Both the position numbers and the translations under genes were made by a program. Source: Planctomycetota bacterium (GTDB lineage Bacteria > Planctomycetota > GCA-002687715 > CAIWVZ01). Taken from it: a stretch of DNA of 64,000 nt. The stretch lies in contig JBGANV010000007.1 of the NCBI GenBank assembly GCA_044222185.1, forward strand, positions 32,001 to 96,000, read 5' to 3'. Numbering within the stretch: the stretch's first letter is position 1; each line of letters starts with the position of its first letter. This document shows positions 19,382 to 29,092 of this stretch, one piece after another. The notes beneath the pieces were generated by a model. That model did not search any database. It was given only the letters and a program-made list of their open reading frames with translations, and had not been told where the DNA came from.

Positions 19382-22354
19382 TCAGTCCGGCAAGCGCGCC
19401 CGCGCCTCCCGAATGCGTTGGAACAACCGATCCCACTTTGCCGCCTCGTCGGCGGGCATGCCGTCGCGGAACGCGGCGTCGCGAACGAATCGAAGCGGCG
19501 CGCCGCGAAGCCACCAGTCGAGCAGATCGACGGTGCCGGTTCGGCGGCTCTCGGCCGCCGTCGGGTTGGCGACGGTCCAGTCGAACGACTGCTCGAGCCA
19601 ACGCATCGCCTCCGCACGCAACTCGGGCCGGTTCTGCTTGCGCGACAGCGCCAGGGCCGCGTGGATTGCGGTCCACAACTTCGCTGGATCCGGCTTCGAC
19701 TCGGAGCGCTCGATGACGAGGCGTGCGGCGAGCAGGGACGTCTCCGGATCGTTGCGGTCGCAGTAGTACTGCGCCAGGTCGCCGAGCGTCTCCGTGTCCG
19801 GCACTTCGTCCGGGTCGGAAATCGACCGGATGGGGATCGACGCCAGCCGTCGCTCGTGGGCGCGCAGCTGAACGATCGCCTTGTCGGTCAGCGGGAGCTT
19901 CGCCAGCTCCGCGGGCGTGGCAAGAGCGCGGAAGCGCTCGTAGGCGTCCGCGGCGCCCTTGTAGCGGTGGCGCAGCGAGAGCGCCTGGCCGTAGGCGAGC
20001 CATCCGAACGATGACGTCGGCGCATCGCGCACGACACCGCCCAGGAATGCGATCGCCTCATCCAAGACCCCGCGCGCGGTCAGAAGTCGCCCGAGCCCGA
20101 TTCGACCTTCGATCAGACGCGGCGCGGTGTTCAGCAGGCCACGGAAGATCCGCTCCGCTCGACGTGGATCCGAGCCAGCGCTGAGGATCGTCGCGAGGTT
20201 GCAGAGGGTCTCGGGAATCGACGACCCGAGTGAAACGGCGCGCTCGTATTCCGCGACCGCTTCGGGATAGCGCTCCTGCTCGTGCAGGCACAGCCCGAGG
20301 AAGTGCGCCACCATCAGGTTGGTCGGATGTGCGACCTTCAGTCGCCGGAGCAGGGCTTCGCCTTCCTCCACGTGTCCCGCGCGCCGCAAGCACGTGGCGA
20401 CGACGCAGAGCATGTGTGGATCGCCGGGTACCAGCGCCGCGCCCGCGGAGGCGCAGCGCGCGGCTTCGGCGAAATCCTCGGGGCGCCCCCGCATCTCGAG
20501 CGCGCGCTCGAGCGTCATTTGTGCGTCGGGTGAGCCCGGGTGCGCTTCCTGGATCCGCCGCGAGACGTCGATGACGTCGCCGACCGGGGCCGTCTGCAAG
20601 AGCCACTCGCAGTGAAACGCGAGGGCCTGCGGCTCGAGCCGGCTGAGTTCCGCGGAGCGCAGCGCGGTGAGAAGCTCGTCGGGCTTGCCGGACAACCGGA
20701 GCTCGATCCAGCGCTTCGGTTCGGGTCGGTCCTCCGCGTCCCTCGCGATCTCGAAAAGCCGCCGGGCCGATGAGTCGGGTCCGAGGGCGGCCTCCGAGGC
20801 TCGCGCGTAGTCGAGGAGCGCGCGGACGAGCCGCCGCCTGATGCGCGATGTCTGCAGCCGGCCGCGGATCGATTCCGCATCGCCCGCCGTGATCGGCATG
20901 CCGTACGCCGCGAATGCCTCCTCGTACGCGCGCACGTCGGCGGGCCAGTCCCGGTAAGTGGGAGCCCAGGCCGAGATCGCATCCAGGCGCCGAACCATCG
21001 CGTCGTCGGCGGCGAGGGTCGCGGCCTCCTTCTCGGCGCGTGTCAGCCCGGCGAGCGCCGCGGCGCGCACCTTCGTCGCGTGCGCGATGACGTCCGCGAC
21101 CGACGCCGCCTCCGCACGCTCTGCGGCGATGCCTGCGAGCGTGCGGGCCTCGCGCCACGGGCCCACGTCCTGCAGCGGCCCGCCCTCCGCTTTGGCGACT
21201 GCGACTTCGGCAGCCGTGATGGCGGTGATCGCTTCGGCGTCCAGCGTCTTCTGTCGAGTGGCCCGCTCGTCCGCAGCCTGCAACATCACCAATCCGATCA
21301 GGACGGCTGCGAGGAGGCACACGAGCACGACGGCAACGACGAGCCTCCGCCGGCGGCGGTCGGCGTCGAGGCGGGCACTGGCGAGCGCGGCGAGTTCCCG
21401 GGCTTCGGCCGCACGCTGCTCCTGCCGCGCAGACCACGAGACGATCTCCTCGGCGACGACCGCCGCGGACGATGGCCGAGCCTTCGGATCCGTCGCCAGG
21501 CATAGGACGATGAGGTTGGCGAGACCGGGATCGCACCCGCCGGTGGCCAGCGCGTTCCGGATGGCATCCGTCTCGACGGGCCGGTCCGGTGCGAAGAGCT
21601 CGAACAACATGGCCCCGATCGCATAGACGTCCGCTTGCGGTCCCACCTCGGCGGATCGGCCCGCCTCCTGTTCGGGGGACATGTACGCCGGCGTTCCCAG
21701 GATCGCGCCCGTGTGCGTCATGCCTGGCGCGGCGGCTGATGGCGGAGCCGCCGCGTGAGTCGAGTCGATCGGGAGGTCATCCGCGCCCTGCCGCGCGAGC
21801 CCGAAGTCCATCACGAGCACTTCACCGAATTGCCCCAGCATCACGTTCGACGGCTTCAGGTCGCGGTGAATGACGGACACCGCGTGTGCCGCGGCAACGG
21901 CTTGCGCCACGCGCTCGATCACGGAGACGAGCTTGCGGCGTTCATTGGGATCGTCACCGAGTTCCAGCAACCGCTGTTTGAGCGTGCGACCGTGGACCAG
22001 CCGCATGGCGATGTAGGGGCGCCCGTCCGCCGTGACGCCGCGATCGTAGATGGGCACGACTCCCGGGTGCACGACGCGCGCGGCGAGGCGCGCCTCGCTG
22101 ATGAACCGGCGGATCTGGGCCGCGGTACCCCCGTGATCGGCGCGCAGGAACTTCACCGCGACCTCGCGTTCGAGCAACCGATCGGTGGCGCGGTGGACGA
22201 CGCCCATGCCACCCTCGCCGATGACTTCGTGGATCGCGTATCGCTCCTCGAATGCTGCGACGTCCGGCGGAGGTTCGTCGGGTTCGTGATCGCGGGCCGT
22301 GCTGCCCCGGAATGCGCGCCGCAACGCGTCGTCGAGCCGTCCGTCGTCGTTCAC
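19382..22354 (-). CDS. Hanks-type Ser/Thr protein kinase with one TM helix and TPR repeats
   Basis: IGEGGMGVV, VAVK, HRDLKPSN, DFGLAR, GTPAYMSPEQ; TM helix; TPR region; GTG start overlaps the ECF stop (GTGA). Confidence 0.93.
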   Translation of the reverse strand: MNDDGRLDDALRRAFRGSTARDHEPDEPPPDVAAFEERYAIHEVIGEGGMGVVHRATDRLLEREVAVKFLRADHGGTAAQIRRFISEARLAARVVHPGVVPIYDRGVTADGRPYIAMRLVHGRTLKQRLLELGDDPNERRKLVSVIERVAQAVAAAHAVSVIHRDLKPSNVMLGQFGEVLVMDFGLARQGADDLPIDSTHAAAPPSAAAPGMTHTGAILGTPAYMSPEQEAGRSAEVGPQADVYAIGAMLFELFAPDRPVETDAIRNALATGGCDPGLANLIVLCLATDPKARPSSAAVVAEEIVSWSARQEQRAAEARELAALASARLDADRRRRRLVVAVVLVCLLAAVLIGLVMLQAADERATRQKTLDAEAITAITAAEVAVAKAEGGPLQDVGPWREARTLAGIAAERAEAASVADVIAHATKVRAAALAGLTRAEKEAATLAADDAMVRRLDAISAWAPTYRDWPADVRAYEEAFAAYGMPITAGDAESIRGRLQTSRIRRRLVRALLDYARASEAALGPDSSARRLFEIARDAEDRPEPKRWIELRLSGKPDELLTALRSAELSRLEPQALAFHCEWLLQTAPVGDVIDVSRRIQEAHPGSPDAQMTLERALEMRGRPEDFAEAARCASAGAALVPGDPHMLCVVATCLRRAGHVEEGEALLRRLKVAHPTNLMVAHFLGLCLHEQERYPEAVAEYERAVSLGSSIPETLCNLATILSAGSDPRRAERIFRGLLNTAPRLIEGRIGLGRLLTARGVLDEAIAFLGGVVRDAPTSSFGWLAYGQALSLRHRYKGAADAYERFRALATPAELAKLPLTDKAIVQLRAHERRLASIPIRSISDPDEVPDTETLGDLAQYYCDRNDPETSLLAARLVIERSESKPDPAKLWTAIHAALALSRKQNRPELRAEAMRWLEQSFDWTVANPTAAESRRTGTVDLLDWWLRGAPLRFVRDAAFRDGMPADEAAKWDRLFQRIREARARLPD

Positions 22355-23037
22355 CCGAGCAGCTCCAGCAGCGTCCGGCATTCGGTGTCGACGTCCGCGT
22401 CGCTTCCTGGCTCGTGGAACGCCACCGTCTCCCGAAGAGCCTCGGTGAATTCCTTGCGGGCGAGCGCGTACTCACGGTGCGCACGTTCGACGGAGATTCC
22501 GAGCCGCGGCGCGATGTCGCGAATCGGCAGCGAGTCGTCGAACCGCAGGCGCAGGATCTCGACGCGCGCCAAGGCGTCGCGACCGAGGAGTCGCGCGCGT
22601 TCGCGCATGCGCTCGGCGGCTTCCTCGACGACGCTTCCAGCCCAGGCCTTCGTGAACGCCTCGTCCGCGCCCGTCGCGACCCCTCCCACGCCGCCATCGA
22701 TGTGCGATGGGGTCAGTTCGACGGCGCCCCTTCGCCGCTCTTCGATGCGCGACGCCACGTTGCGCGTGACGCCGTGAAGGAACGCGCGAAAGCTGCCCGG
22801 CCTGCGCTGTTCGACGCGCTCGATGGCGCCGCCAGGCTTCAGGCACTCGAGGAACACCTCCTGCACGGCGTCGTCGATCTCGTTCTGCATCGGCGGAGCG
22901 GTCCAGCGGGCGCGGACGTAGGCGCGTACAACGGGCAGATACCGCGTGACGAACCGCTCACGATCCGCCGCGCTGCCGAGGGCGGCGGCGCGGACGTCGG
23001 TCCAGCACGTGGAGGCGAACTCGCGATCGGACGACAT
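22351..23037 (-). CDS. ECF sigma factor, kinase-associated type
   Basis: FASTCWTDV..FVTRYLPVVRAY, DDAVQEVF, SFRAFLHGVTRN, region 4 ILRLRFDDSLPIRDIA; translationally coupled to the kinase. Confidence 0.88.
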   Translation of the reverse strand: MSSDREFASTCWTDVRAAALGSAADRERFVTRYLPVVRAYVRARWTAPPMQNEIDDAVQEVFLECLKPGGAIERVEQRRPGSFRAFLHGVTRNVASRIEERRRGAVELTPSHIDGGVGGVATGADEAFTKAWAGSVVEEAAERMRERARLLGRDALARVEILRLRFDDSLPIRDIAPRLGISVERAHREYALARKEFTEALRETVAFHEPGSDADVDTECRTLLELLG

Positions 23038-23076
23038 GGGGACCGCATCATATCGACGCGGTCCACGACGACCCCC

Positions 23077-26000
23077 TCAGGAGTCGTACTCGAGGATCGG
23101 GCTAAGCGCCGTGATCGCGAACGTTTGCGGGTCCTGCAGGAAGAAGATGGCGTCTGCGGTGAAACCCGGCGGCAACGTTCCCGCCGGGAGGTCCAACCGG
23201 GCCGACCCGCGCGAGTCCAGCACTCCGAAGATCCCGGGTATGGAGTTCAGGAGCTGGTAGTTGGCGAGCGCGTCAGCGCCGAGGCCGAGCACCGGCCCGT
23301 TGCCCTGGAGGTGCGGCGACGAGAACGCGAAGCTCCAGCGCGATCCTGCGTTGTCCCCGCCGGCGTTCACGATGCACGTGAACCCCGTGCCCGTACGACC
23401 CGAGTGCCACCGGACGTCCAGCGGCGGTGCGGCCGGCGGACCTCCGATCAGCGCCAGGTTGTCCGAGCCCATCGTTCGCACGCTCCGCCCCGAGAGGTCG
23501 CGGGCGTTGTTCGTGTCCGGGAACGTGGCCTGGCGCGCGAGAACGTGGGTTCCGGACGCCGTCCGCCGGCTGCCTCCCGCGAATTCCGCCCAATGCGCGG
23601 GGGCACGCGGGTGGTTGTGCACGACGTTGTCGTCGTGCCCCGTGGCGCGGACGAGGTCCACGAGTCGGCCGTAGCTGTCGTAGAGCGCGGCCTCGTATTC
23701 GGCGGTCGAGAACGGGAAGCCCGAGGGCGACGTCGTGAGGACGTTGATGTACGGGACCGCCGCAGGCTTCTCCGCGGGCGCCGTGGAGCCCTCGCCGAGC
23801 ACGCAGTAATCGCCGGCCGGGAGAAGCCCCAACGGCAGGCTCGAACCGAACGTTGGAGCGACGAGCGCGTGAGCCTGGTTCTGGAACCCGCTGCACAGCA
23901 GGTACCAGTTGCGCAGGTCGACCTGGAGGTAGCTCGCGTTTCGGAGCTCGACGAGGTCTGGAGAGTCGTCGATCTCGTTGAGGTAGACGAACGACCGCGG
24001 GAGCGGGTCGTAGCCGCGAACGCCGCTGTTGCCGTTCTCGAGGCCGAACGACCTGGGGCCGTGCGTCGTCCAATCGCCACCCGAGTTGCTGTCCAGCGCT
24101 CCGATGCGCTCCGCGTGAATGGAGCCGATGATGGGCCCGTCGGATTGGTTCGTGGCGCGGCCACGGAACTTGCCGCCGAGCGATCCCTGCCCGTACAGCC
24201 CGTCGCTTCCGGCGACGTGAACCTCATCGATGACGAGTCCGTTGCCGTTGACGAGACCCACGGCGAAGTCCCCGGTCGTCGTGGGGACGTTCGGGAGGAT
24301 CGACAGGACCTGCGTGCCGGCCGGCACCTCGCCGAGTGTCCCGACCAGCTCGCGGATCACGGCGATCTCACCGGGCTGCAGAGTGATGGTGAATGGCGGC
24401 GTTTCGTAGATCCCGCCGTCCTTCCAGCGAATGCGGGCGTCGACCAGCGTTTGCGCGGCAGGCCCGAAGTTCGTGATCTCGACGGCGTCCGGCGTCGCCG
24501 CCGTGACCTCCGAGATCAGGATGCGACCGACCGCTGGCGGAATCGGCGGGAAGCACAGATCCCAGTCGCCGTGGTTGGTGCAAGGCGTGTCGGCGTAGGG
24601 CTGGCCGATCACGTAATCGAGGCGCGCGTCACCGTTGATGTCGCCGAGGCAGGCGACGGACCAGCCGAAGCGCGAGCCCGTCTCCGAGGGTCCGAAGAAG
24701 CTGATGGGGAACTCCATGTGGAGGAGAGCCCCCGTTTCGCCGGAGCGGAACTCGACTTCGCCGGCGCCGGTCGGAGTTCCGGATGAAACGCCCTCTTCGC
24801 TGGAGGTGACGATGACGTCCGCCCGGCCGTCGTCGTCCATGTCGCCGGCGAAACCCACGAACCAGCCGAATCGCTTGCCCGCCGCCGAGCCGGCCCACGT
24901 GGTGACCGTGCCATAGGCGCCGAGAGTCTGGTTGCCGCGGTAGATCCGGACATAGCCGCTGTTCGTGCCATTGACGTCGCCGAACGGAGCGCCCGCGACC
25001 GTGTGTGCCGGTCCCGACTGCGACGTCGTCGACGGCAAGATGGCGACGGAGCGTCCCAGGTTGTCGCCCGCGGCATCGCCCTCCTTCGTGAACAGCAGGC
25101 CACCGGTCAACCCGCTGTAGGCCGAGATCCGACCGGTGGCCGATCCTGCCGCACCGTCGTAACCGGGCGTGCCCACCACGTAGTCGGGTCGGCCGTCGTC
25201 GTTGATGTCACGTCCGGCGGCGACCGCCGTGCCGAACAGGTCGACGACGTTCACGCCGTTGTGCGCGCGCATCAGTCCACCGTTCGTCGACCAGATCTCG
25301 ACGCGTCCGCGGTTGCCGTTGTATCCGGGGATACCGACGACGAAGTCCCGGTCTCCGTCGCCGTCCAGGTCACCGGCGTCCGCGACGGCCGAACCGAACT
25401 GGTCGTTGACGTTCGATCCGATGAGGTCCGTCAGCAGTGCGAACGACGGCATGGCCCGGATCTGGATCCGGCCCGCGCTCGTCGAGTAGCCCGGTGCTCC
25501 GATGATCAGCTCCATCTTCCCGTCGCCGTTGATGTCCTCCATGGCGGCGAGTGACGTGCCGAACTCGGAGTTGCCGGCTGTGAAATTGAGTGAGCTGATC
25601 AGCGCGCCGGTGGCCCCAGAATAGACCTCGACGCGTCCCGCCTGGTTCAGGTTGCCGTTGTCCGCGCCCGGGATTCCGATGGCGTAATCGGGCACTGCAT
25701 CGCCGTTGACGTCGCCGACGGCCGCCACGGCCCAGCCGGTCTTGCGCAGCGTCGATCCGCAGGGAGGCGGCGTGATCGTGAACGTGACCGAGCCGACCCC
25801 CGCGCCGCCCGCGCTCGCGTGATTGCGAACGGTGATCGAGTGCGTGCCCTGGCTGTTCAGCAGTGACTCCGGAATGCGGATCTCCCCGAGCGTTGACGAG
25901 AACAGCGTCGATTCGAGGACGGTGGTGTCCCACAGGAACTGGGTTCCTGAGACACCATCCGTCGTGTCGCCGCCGTTGTGAAAGCCGGTTCCCCCGACGG

Positions 26001-26859
26001 TGAGGGTGAGCGGACCGGACCCCGCGACGGCGATGCTCGGAGACACGCCCGTGATCGTCGGGTGACTCGCGCTGCCGAAGAGCGCGGCCAGCGTTTGTGC
26101 ATCACGCAGCGACAGCCACGAGCGATTGCCGATGCGATCCTGGAACGACTCGTAGCCGGGGCGGCAGACGATCGTCGGCTCGCCCTCCACCGTGGTGAAG
26201 GCGAACGCGCCGTAGTGCATGATCGAGAGGAAGTCGTAGGTCCCGTTCACGATGGCCGCGTTGACGATGCTGAAGTTGTTCGTGCACGAGTTGCCACCAC
26301 ATGCCGTCTGCGAGATGTACTGGGTGCGGATCTGCACGTAGGTGTTTCGATCCGCCCGAGACTGCTCGTGGATGAAGCCCAAGGCGTGCATGACCTCGTG
26401 GGCCATGACGAACGGCGCGTCCCAGTGGTTGTCGCCGATGTTGATGAACTGCTGTCCGCCCTGCATCCCGACGGATGAGTTCGAGACGTTCGTGTTGGCG
26501 GCGTTGCGCCGGACGGTGAAGTAGTTCGTGCTGGCGCCTTCGACGAAGTTCAGTCCCGACACGGCTTCGAGCTCGGCGAGTGCGAGCCGGAAGTCAGCTC
26601 GATGGGCGGTCGAGACCTGCGAATCGAACGTGTAGTGGACCGTCGAGCTCGGCCAGAAGTTGAAGACGAACGCGCCGTCTCCGTAGACGACCGATTCGGG
26701 CAGCGCCATGTCGTCGACGAGGACGAAGCCGGGCGGCGGCCATGGCTCCTGGGCTTCGGACTGTGCACGGCCAGGGTTGAACGCTGCGGCCATCAAGAAC
26801 AGGACGACGGCGAACCGGCGGGCGCCGATCGCGCCTGGAAGCGTGTTGGAATGATTCAT
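23077..26859 (-). CDS. Secreted astacin (M12A) metalloprotease + Ig/IPT domain + integrin-alpha/FG-GAP propeller + two lamin-tail-like domains + CTD
   Basis: HEVMHALGFIHEQSRADR and SIMHY Met-turn; PTITGVSPS Ig domain; FGxAVA..GDxxGDG..D..VG.PG repeats; ILISEV..DAVEITN and VYLNEI..DLVELRN. Confidence 0.9.
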   Translation of the reverse strand: MNHSNTLPGAIGARRFAVVLFLMAAAFNPGRAQSEAQEPWPPPGFVLVDDMALPESVVYGDGAFVFNFWPSSTVHYTFDSQVSTAHRADFRLALAELEAVSGLNFVEGASTNYFTVRRNAANTNVSNSSVGMQGGQQFINIGDNHWDAPFVMAHEVMHALGFIHEQSRADRNTYVQIRTQYISQTACGGNSCTNNFSIVNAAIVNGTYDFLSIMHYGAFAFTTVEGEPTIVCRPGYESFQDRIGNRSWLSLRDAQTLAALFGSASHPTITGVSPSIAVAGSGPLTLTVGGTGFHNGGDTTDGVSGTQFLWDTTVLESTLFSSTLGEIRIPESLLNSQGTHSITVRNHASAGGAGVGSVTFTITPPPCGSTLRKTGWAVAAVGDVNGDAVPDYAIGIPGADNGNLNQAGRVEVYSGATGALISSLNFTAGNSEFGTSLAAMEDINGDGKMELIIGAPGYSTSAGRIQIRAMPSFALLTDLIGSNVNDQFGSAVADAGDLDGDGDRDFVVGIPGYNGNRGRVEIWSTNGGLMRAHNGVNVVDLFGTAVAAGRDINDDGRPDYVVGTPGYDGAAGSATGRISAYSGLTGGLLFTKEGDAAGDNLGRSVAILPSTTSQSGPAHTVAGAPFGDVNGTNSGYVRIYRGNQTLGAYGTVTTWAGSAAGKRFGWFVGFAGDMDDDGRADVIVTSSEEGVSSGTPTGAGEVEFRSGETGALLHMEFPISFFGPSETGSRFGWSVACLGDINGDARLDYVIGQPYADTPCTNHGDWDLCFPPIPPAVGRILISEVTAATPDAVEITNFGPAAQTLVDARIRWKDGGIYETPPFTITLQPGEIAVIRELVGTLGEVPAGTQVLSILPNVPTTTGDFAVGLVNGNGLVIDEVHVAGSDGLYGQGSLGGKFRGRATNQSDGPIIGSIHAERIGALDSNSGGDWTTHGPRSFGLENGNSGVRGYDPLPRSFVYLNEIDDSPDLVELRNASYLQVDLRNWYLLCSGFQNQAHALVAPTFGSSLPLGLLPAGDYCVLGEGSTAPAEKPAAVPYINVLTTSPSGFPFSTAEYEAALYDSYGRLVDLVRATGHDDNVVHNHPRAPAHWAEFAGGSRRTASGTHVLARQATFPDTNNARDLSGRSVRTMGSDNLALIGGPPAAPPLDVRWHSGRTGTGFTCIVNAGGDNAGSRWSFAFSSPHLQGNGPVLGLGADALANYQLLNSIPGIFGVLDSRGSARLDLPAGTLPPGFTADAIFFLQDPQTFAITALSPILEYDS

Positions 26860-27073
26860 GAAGGGTCTCTTTTGGCGTGGCTCGGGGCGAGCCTTGCCTC
26901 GGACACCCTTCCGGCGAGGTGGCGGTTTCGCAGGAATCCGTCTCAACGGACCGATCGGCCCTCGCGCGGGGGCCGCCGCTCAGGTCGAATTCCGGAGATT
27001 TCTCGGGTTTGCCCCGTTCGCGCCCACCGACCAGGGCCGCCGACGCGTTGTCGAGGCCACGGAGGGGAGTGCG

Positions 27074-28363
27074 TCAGTACGCCAGCCCGGCCATCGAGCA
27101 GAGTGAACTCATCGCCGAGTCGGCGTCAGGCCCCGTGTAGGTCGCACCGGTGATCTTCGCCACCGTCGCCTGGCCGATCGCCCGCACGTTCTCGTTCTTC
27201 TCGTTCGCGAGCGCCTTCGTGATGAGCGGGACCGCCTCCTGGACCTTGTGGGCTCCGAGCGCCCAATAGGCGACTCCGCGGATGGCCGTGTTCGAGTCCT
27301 TCGCCGACGCGATGAGGGCCTTCGAGAGCTCGTCATCCAGTTCGAGCCTGGCGCAGGCGCGGAGCGCGCTGAGCCTGTCCGTCTGCGCCGTGCTCTTGAT
27401 CATCCCGATGAGGACCTTGCGATGCGCCGCGGTCACGGGATCGCACGTGACGAGCGCCCGGATCAGCAGCGAGCGGACCTGGGCCTTGTTCTCCTTCTTG
27501 ATCGCGCCGAGGAGCGCCGGGGCGCTGTCGGGCATTCCCAGGCTTTCGAGTGCGCGCGCCACGGCGAGCTTCACCTGGAATGACCCGGATCCGAGGAGCT
27601 TGTGGAGGACCGGCAGCACTCGCCCGTTCCCGCGCTGGCCCATGGCTTCGACGGCCTCGATCCGGCGCGCGTCGTCGACGGTCTCGGCGGTTTGCTTGAT
27701 GAGGAAGTCCACGACGCGCGGATCATCCGATTTCGCCAGGGCCTTCAGGCCCTCTTGCCGCTTGTTGACGTTGTTGCTGTTGGCCTGCTTCAGCACCTCG
27801 TCGGTGACGGCGCGCATCTGCTTGACGACTTCGGTCTCCTTCGCCGGGTCTTGAAGTCCCAGCGCGATCCGGAGCTTCGACGCCAGTTCTGACACGGAGA
27901 GCGTGTACACGTGGTGGAGAAGGACCGTCTTGCCATCCGGCGCCAGGATCAGGAACTGCGGCGCAGCGACCCGCGCGGCATCGTCCATGAAGTCGGCGCG
28001 GATCTTGGCCTCGAGGCGCTGGTGGTGGGCACACGTGATGATGCCGAACTTCGAGCAGCACGTCGTCTCTGCGCCGTTCGCGTCCTTGCCGACGGTCTCC
28101 GCGTGCGAGCATCCGTTCGCGATCATGCAGACGAAGCTCTTCGACAGCGTGACGATCTCGGGATTGTGCAGGTGGCCCGTGGCGACCTCGTCGTTCGCGC
28201 TCTCGTTGTCCATGAGGAGGACGATCAGGACGGGCTTCTTGTCGGCCTGCGCCTGCTTCAGCGCCGCGTCATGCTCCGGCTGCCACGCGATCTGTGCATC
28301 CTGAGCGCGGGCCCCGATCAGCACGGCGAACGACAACAGGAACGCGCATCGCCAGCTCACCAT
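27074..28363 (-). CDS. Exported thioredoxin-like fold + HEAT repeat protein
   Basis: Signal ARA|Q; IAW...AALKQAQADKKPVLI thioredoxin-like start without CxxC; HEAT repeats (RIEAVEAMG, KLAVARALESLG, RGVAYWALG). Confidence 0.75.
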   Translation of the reverse strand: MVSWRCAFLLSFAVLIGARAQDAQIAWQPEHDAALKQAQADKKPVLIVLLMDNESANDEVATGHLHNPEIVTLSKSFVCMIANGCSHAETVGKDANGAETTCCSKFGIITCAHHQRLEAKIRADFMDDAARVAAPQFLILAPDGKTVLLHHVYTLSVSELASKLRIALGLQDPAKETEVVKQMRAVTDEVLKQANSNNVNKRQEGLKALAKSDDPRVVDFLIKQTAETVDDARRIEAVEAMGQRGNGRVLPVLHKLLGSGSFQVKLAVARALESLGMPDSAPALLGAIKKENKAQVRSLLIRALVTCDPVTAAHRKVLIGMIKSTAQTDRLSALRACARLELDDELSKALIASAKDSNTAIRGVAYWALGAHKVQEAVPLITKALANEKNENVRAIGQATVAKITGATYTGPDADSAMSSLCSMAGLAY

Positions 28364-28463
28364 GTCTCCACTCCCTTCGAGCGACCCGCGGCGGGTCCTG
28401 ACCGCCGCGGCGCCGCGGCTCCTCAGGTGGGGAACGTGCTGCACCGGCGATTCGCAACGAGGC

Positions 28464-28979
28464 TCATTTCTTTCTCGTGTACGTGATCGTCATCATCGGG
28501 AACTCGCGGCCGTCCGGGCCAGGGCCATACATCGTGAAGACGCGCGTGTTCGAGTCCCTGAACTCGGTCGTCATCTTCAGCGGGATCTTCTGGCCGGACT
28601 CCGCGTGTACCGTTTCACCCGTCATCGTGATGACGCGGCTCGCGGCATCGAAATTCCCCGATACCTGGGCCATGACGGGGGTCATGCCATCGGCCCAGAA
28701 CTGGACGTAGGCCTTCCTCGTCGGGTCGTAACCCGTGACGCCGTGACCGACGTAGGGAATGCCGTCCTTGGTCTGCATGTTCAGATCGGTCGTGAGCCAC
28801 AGCCCCCCGCAGCCGACGGAATTCACCTCCATCCCGCTCATTGGCGGCATGGGCGCGCCCGGCGGGAACGACGACTCGGCGCTCCAGCTACCGGCCCAGC
28901 GCTGGAGGTTCTCGTGCTGCGGAAGGGGTCCGACCGGCCCCTGATCGCATCCGCCTGCATTCTCGCTCGACTGCCCCAT
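28464..28979 (-). CDS. DUF1579-like protein
   Basis: PLPQHENLQRWAGSW, GGLWL, GHGVTGYDPTRKAYVQFWADGM, MMTITYTRKK; GGAG upstream. Confidence 0.8.
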   Translation of the reverse strand: MGQSSENAGGCDQGPVGPLPQHENLQRWAGSWSAESSFPPGAPMPPMSGMEVNSVGCGGLWLTTDLNMQTKDGIPYVGHGVTGYDPTRKAYVQFWADGMTPVMAQVSGNFDAASRVITMTGETVHAESGQKIPLKMTTEFRDSNTRVFTMYGPGPDGREFPMMTITYTRKK

Positions 28980-29092
28980 GGTTCGACTCCTCGATGTGTA
29001 AGGGAACGGGCGTGATATCCTCGGCCCCGCGCGCGCGGCGCACACTCGTGACGACCGGCGTGTCGTTCCGTTACACCCTCCCGGCGAATCCA

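Noticed and set aside
22252-24786. 844 aa plus-strand ORF, and similar long ORFs such as 2806..4938-, 33472..35304-, 35904..37949-, 17388..18908-
   Set aside because: In-register antisense shadows of well-supported genes; Arg/Ala/His-rich with no motifs, expected at high GC
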